DNA from: Basidiobolus meristosporus CBS 931.73
Lineage: Eukaryota; Fungi; Basidiobolomycota
Direction: 5' to 3'
Length of the DNA: 64,000 nt
Assembly: GCA_002104905.1 (NCBI GenBank)
Contig: MCFE01000213.1
Coordinates: forward strand, 62,001 to 126,000
Under the pieces are notes generated by a model. It was given only the letters and a program-made list of their open reading frames with translations. It made no database searches and had not been told where the DNA came from. Positions 62,077 through 64,000 of the stretch are shown here, one piece after another. Numbering within the stretch: the stretch's first letter is position 1; the number at the start of each line of letters is the position of its first letter. The translations under genes were made by a program, and so were the position numbers.

Positions 62077-64000
62077 TGTGGTGGTGTATAGGTCCAAGGG
62101 AGAGATACGTCCAACACTTCTCAAGTGTTTTGTGTGTGGGGTGTTCACTGGGTGCAATAACCTCTGGCAAAAGCTTGCTAGGAATACTTGGGTTCTGTCT
62201 CTAATCTAATGTGAAGGGGGATAAAGCCACAAGCTTGTCAAGGGAAAACTATTGAGCTACAATTCCCAACTTAGTTGGCGTCTTAACAAAAGTATGTGCT
62301 GGGTTCAGCGTCCTTTGAGATGACAATGTACTAAAGCTTCCAAAGTCAAAACAACTGTAAACTCCACCAGCAGGGACTTGATAAGAATGCAGCTGTGGTC
62401 AATAGTTACAAAGACAGAAAAGTATCTTTGCCTGTACAAGAACAAACTTGGGAAAGAATCAAATATAATAAAAGATACCTACTCTGAGTATTCCTCACAA
62501 GTAGTGCCTCCAAGGTCAGTTGGCTGTCAGCGCGGTTTCCTGGGAGTGTCCTGTGGTCTAGGGTTGGAAGTTCAGGTAGCAGCAGGTAGCAGTGATCACA
62601 CTAATCAACAAGTCGGTATATTGATAAAAGGGATGATGATTTATTGTTGAGGGATAGCCTCCCTTATATACTTTTCTCACTGGCTAAGTGATTACTAATC
62701 ATGGTGTTCCAGAAGGTTCCGGAGTTCAATAGAAATCTTAATGACATCAGAATGACCTAAGAATGTTCTAAGTAGGTGCCGGAAGGTTCTAAGAGGCACA
62801 GCACATCCAACCAATCAGGAATCAGTATTCTGAAACCTGTGTAACATGGGGATACCATATATGGTATGGAAATGGTAGGGATGGTGACACGGGTTGATCA
62901 TGTGTCACGGGTACTGGCGCGGGTACTTGCCTAATATAGAAGCACTTGTAACTAGTAATCTTACATAAAGTGAGGGGTAACTTATGCAATAAGGTAAGCA
63001 GGTGTGATAGTCAACCAGCTTATGGGATAGTACTGATTGGGTAAGACAAATGGGATAAAACTAAAATGAGTGTAGTAGGGATATAGGGAAGTAGAAAATA
63101 AGGGAATGAGCACATCTGTCAGTGGGTGTCACTGTCACCCCACTACATCCACCCCCCTCTCAGCTTTGAACTTGGGTCAAAGCAAACTAATCTTGATGTG
63201 CAAAATTCCTATGCTTGAATAACTTAAGTCGATTTCCAGCAACTGGTGCTCTCAACTGGGTGTTGTCAAGCTCAGATATGTAATAACTTCCATTTCCAAT
63301 CACTTTGGAAATGAGGTAGGGGCCAGTCCTTTTGTTGTCAAACTTCCGACTCCATTGCTTGTCCAAGGTAGAATCATAGAGTAATACTGGGTCTCCTAGT
63401 GATAGTGGTTTTGGCCTTGTTGGGTGTGATTTGTCAAAGGGCACCTTGTTCTTTAGTCGTGTGTCCTTAAGTTGTTCAGCAGCTCTGCTAATATTGAAGT
63501 CATGGTGATCAAGTTGCTGTATGCGAGTTGCAAGGAGGTCTTCAGTCTGCATATCGGATCTCCAATTCAATGAGTTCCAAGTGACTGTGTTTAACTCAAC
63601 TGGTAGTATGCAGTCATGTCCATAGAGTAGCTTGAATGGCAATAATCCAGTTGTTCTCTTGGTAGTAATTCTATCTGCCCAGAGTGCAAGATGTAATTGC
63701 TATGGCCACAGTGTTGTGTTATTCTCACAGGCCTTGACAAGAGAGTTCACCAATGGTCCATGTCCTCTCTCTATCATTCCATTGGCTTGAGGGTGGTAAG
63801 CTGTTGTGAAAGCTATGTGTATCTTGTACTTTGAGCACAACTCCTGGATCATTTGGGATGTCATCTCTCCTCTGTCAGCAACAAACTGTCGGATGCAGCC
63901 AAATCTGCAGATGATGTCTTCAAGTATAAATCTCCATATGGTATGGCTCTTGTTGTTGGGCAAGGCTCGAGCCTCCACCCATCCACTAAGGTCATCTCTA
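62077..64000 (-). mobile_element. Gypsy-C (non-chromoviral Ty3/Gypsy): 3' LTR 62077-63147, PPT and integrase; continues beyond the window
   Basis: PPT GAGAGGGGGGTGGA abuts TGTAGTGGGG; minus-strand TATATAAGGG at 62670-62661 and AATAAA near 62645; left flank CCAC. Confidence 0.92.
63187..64000 (-). pseudogene. Gypsy-C integrase core and C-terminus, with one in-frame TAG at 63700-63702
   Basis: EARALP...FVADRGE...TAYHPQANGMIERGH...LWP*QLHLALWADRITTKRTTG..PFKLLYG...TGPYLI...GSYYISELD. Confidence 0.88.

Noticed and set aside
62378-62650. 90-aa plus-strand ORF in the Gypsy-C LTR
   Set aside because: Antisense to the element, no motif, and not clearly maintained in the other two LTR copies.
6977-64000. 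Neurospora-type RIP as the cause of decay
   Set aside because: CpA and TpG are abundant and the young element keeps open frames; the missing dinucleotide is CpG, which fits methyl-CpG deamination better.

Overview
Fungal nuclear DNA with many short introns, probably from a non-Dikarya lineage (inference; the host cannot be identified from this window). Bases 1-~6970 are CpG-rich and genic. They hold a 9-exon Ca2+/calmodulin-dependent kinase (minus strand, runs off the left edge), a possible small secreted protein and a 2-exon forkhead transcription factor. From 6977 to the end is a ~57 kb, strongly CpG-depleted nest of transposons, nested up to four layers deep, with several target-site duplications (TSDs) still readable. 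The nest contains one nearly intact, very young Tf1/sushi-type chromovirus (7527-13444), several decayed half-tRNA-primed Copia elements, two non-autonomous Copia-LTR elements with unexplained cargo, two further Ty3/Gypsy families, solo LTRs, a long foldback, and at least four decayed copies of a two-gene CACTA/EnSpm-type DNA transposon. The main unexplained signal is a ~320-nt, patchily conserved, apparently highly structured element. It is shared between the 5' leader of the chromovirus (8119-8438) and the U5 region of a different Gypsy lineage (three copies). It has a conserved closing stem, splice-donor-like motif, hairpins and a position-matched palindrome, and keeps two CpGs that escaped decay. 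It is a candidate undescribed retrotransposon leader RNA (packaging/dimerisation signal, IRES or catalytic RNA). A second notable signal is that surviving CpGs in the young element are almost all in CCG/CGG context. All counts and alignments were done by eye; no database searches were run.
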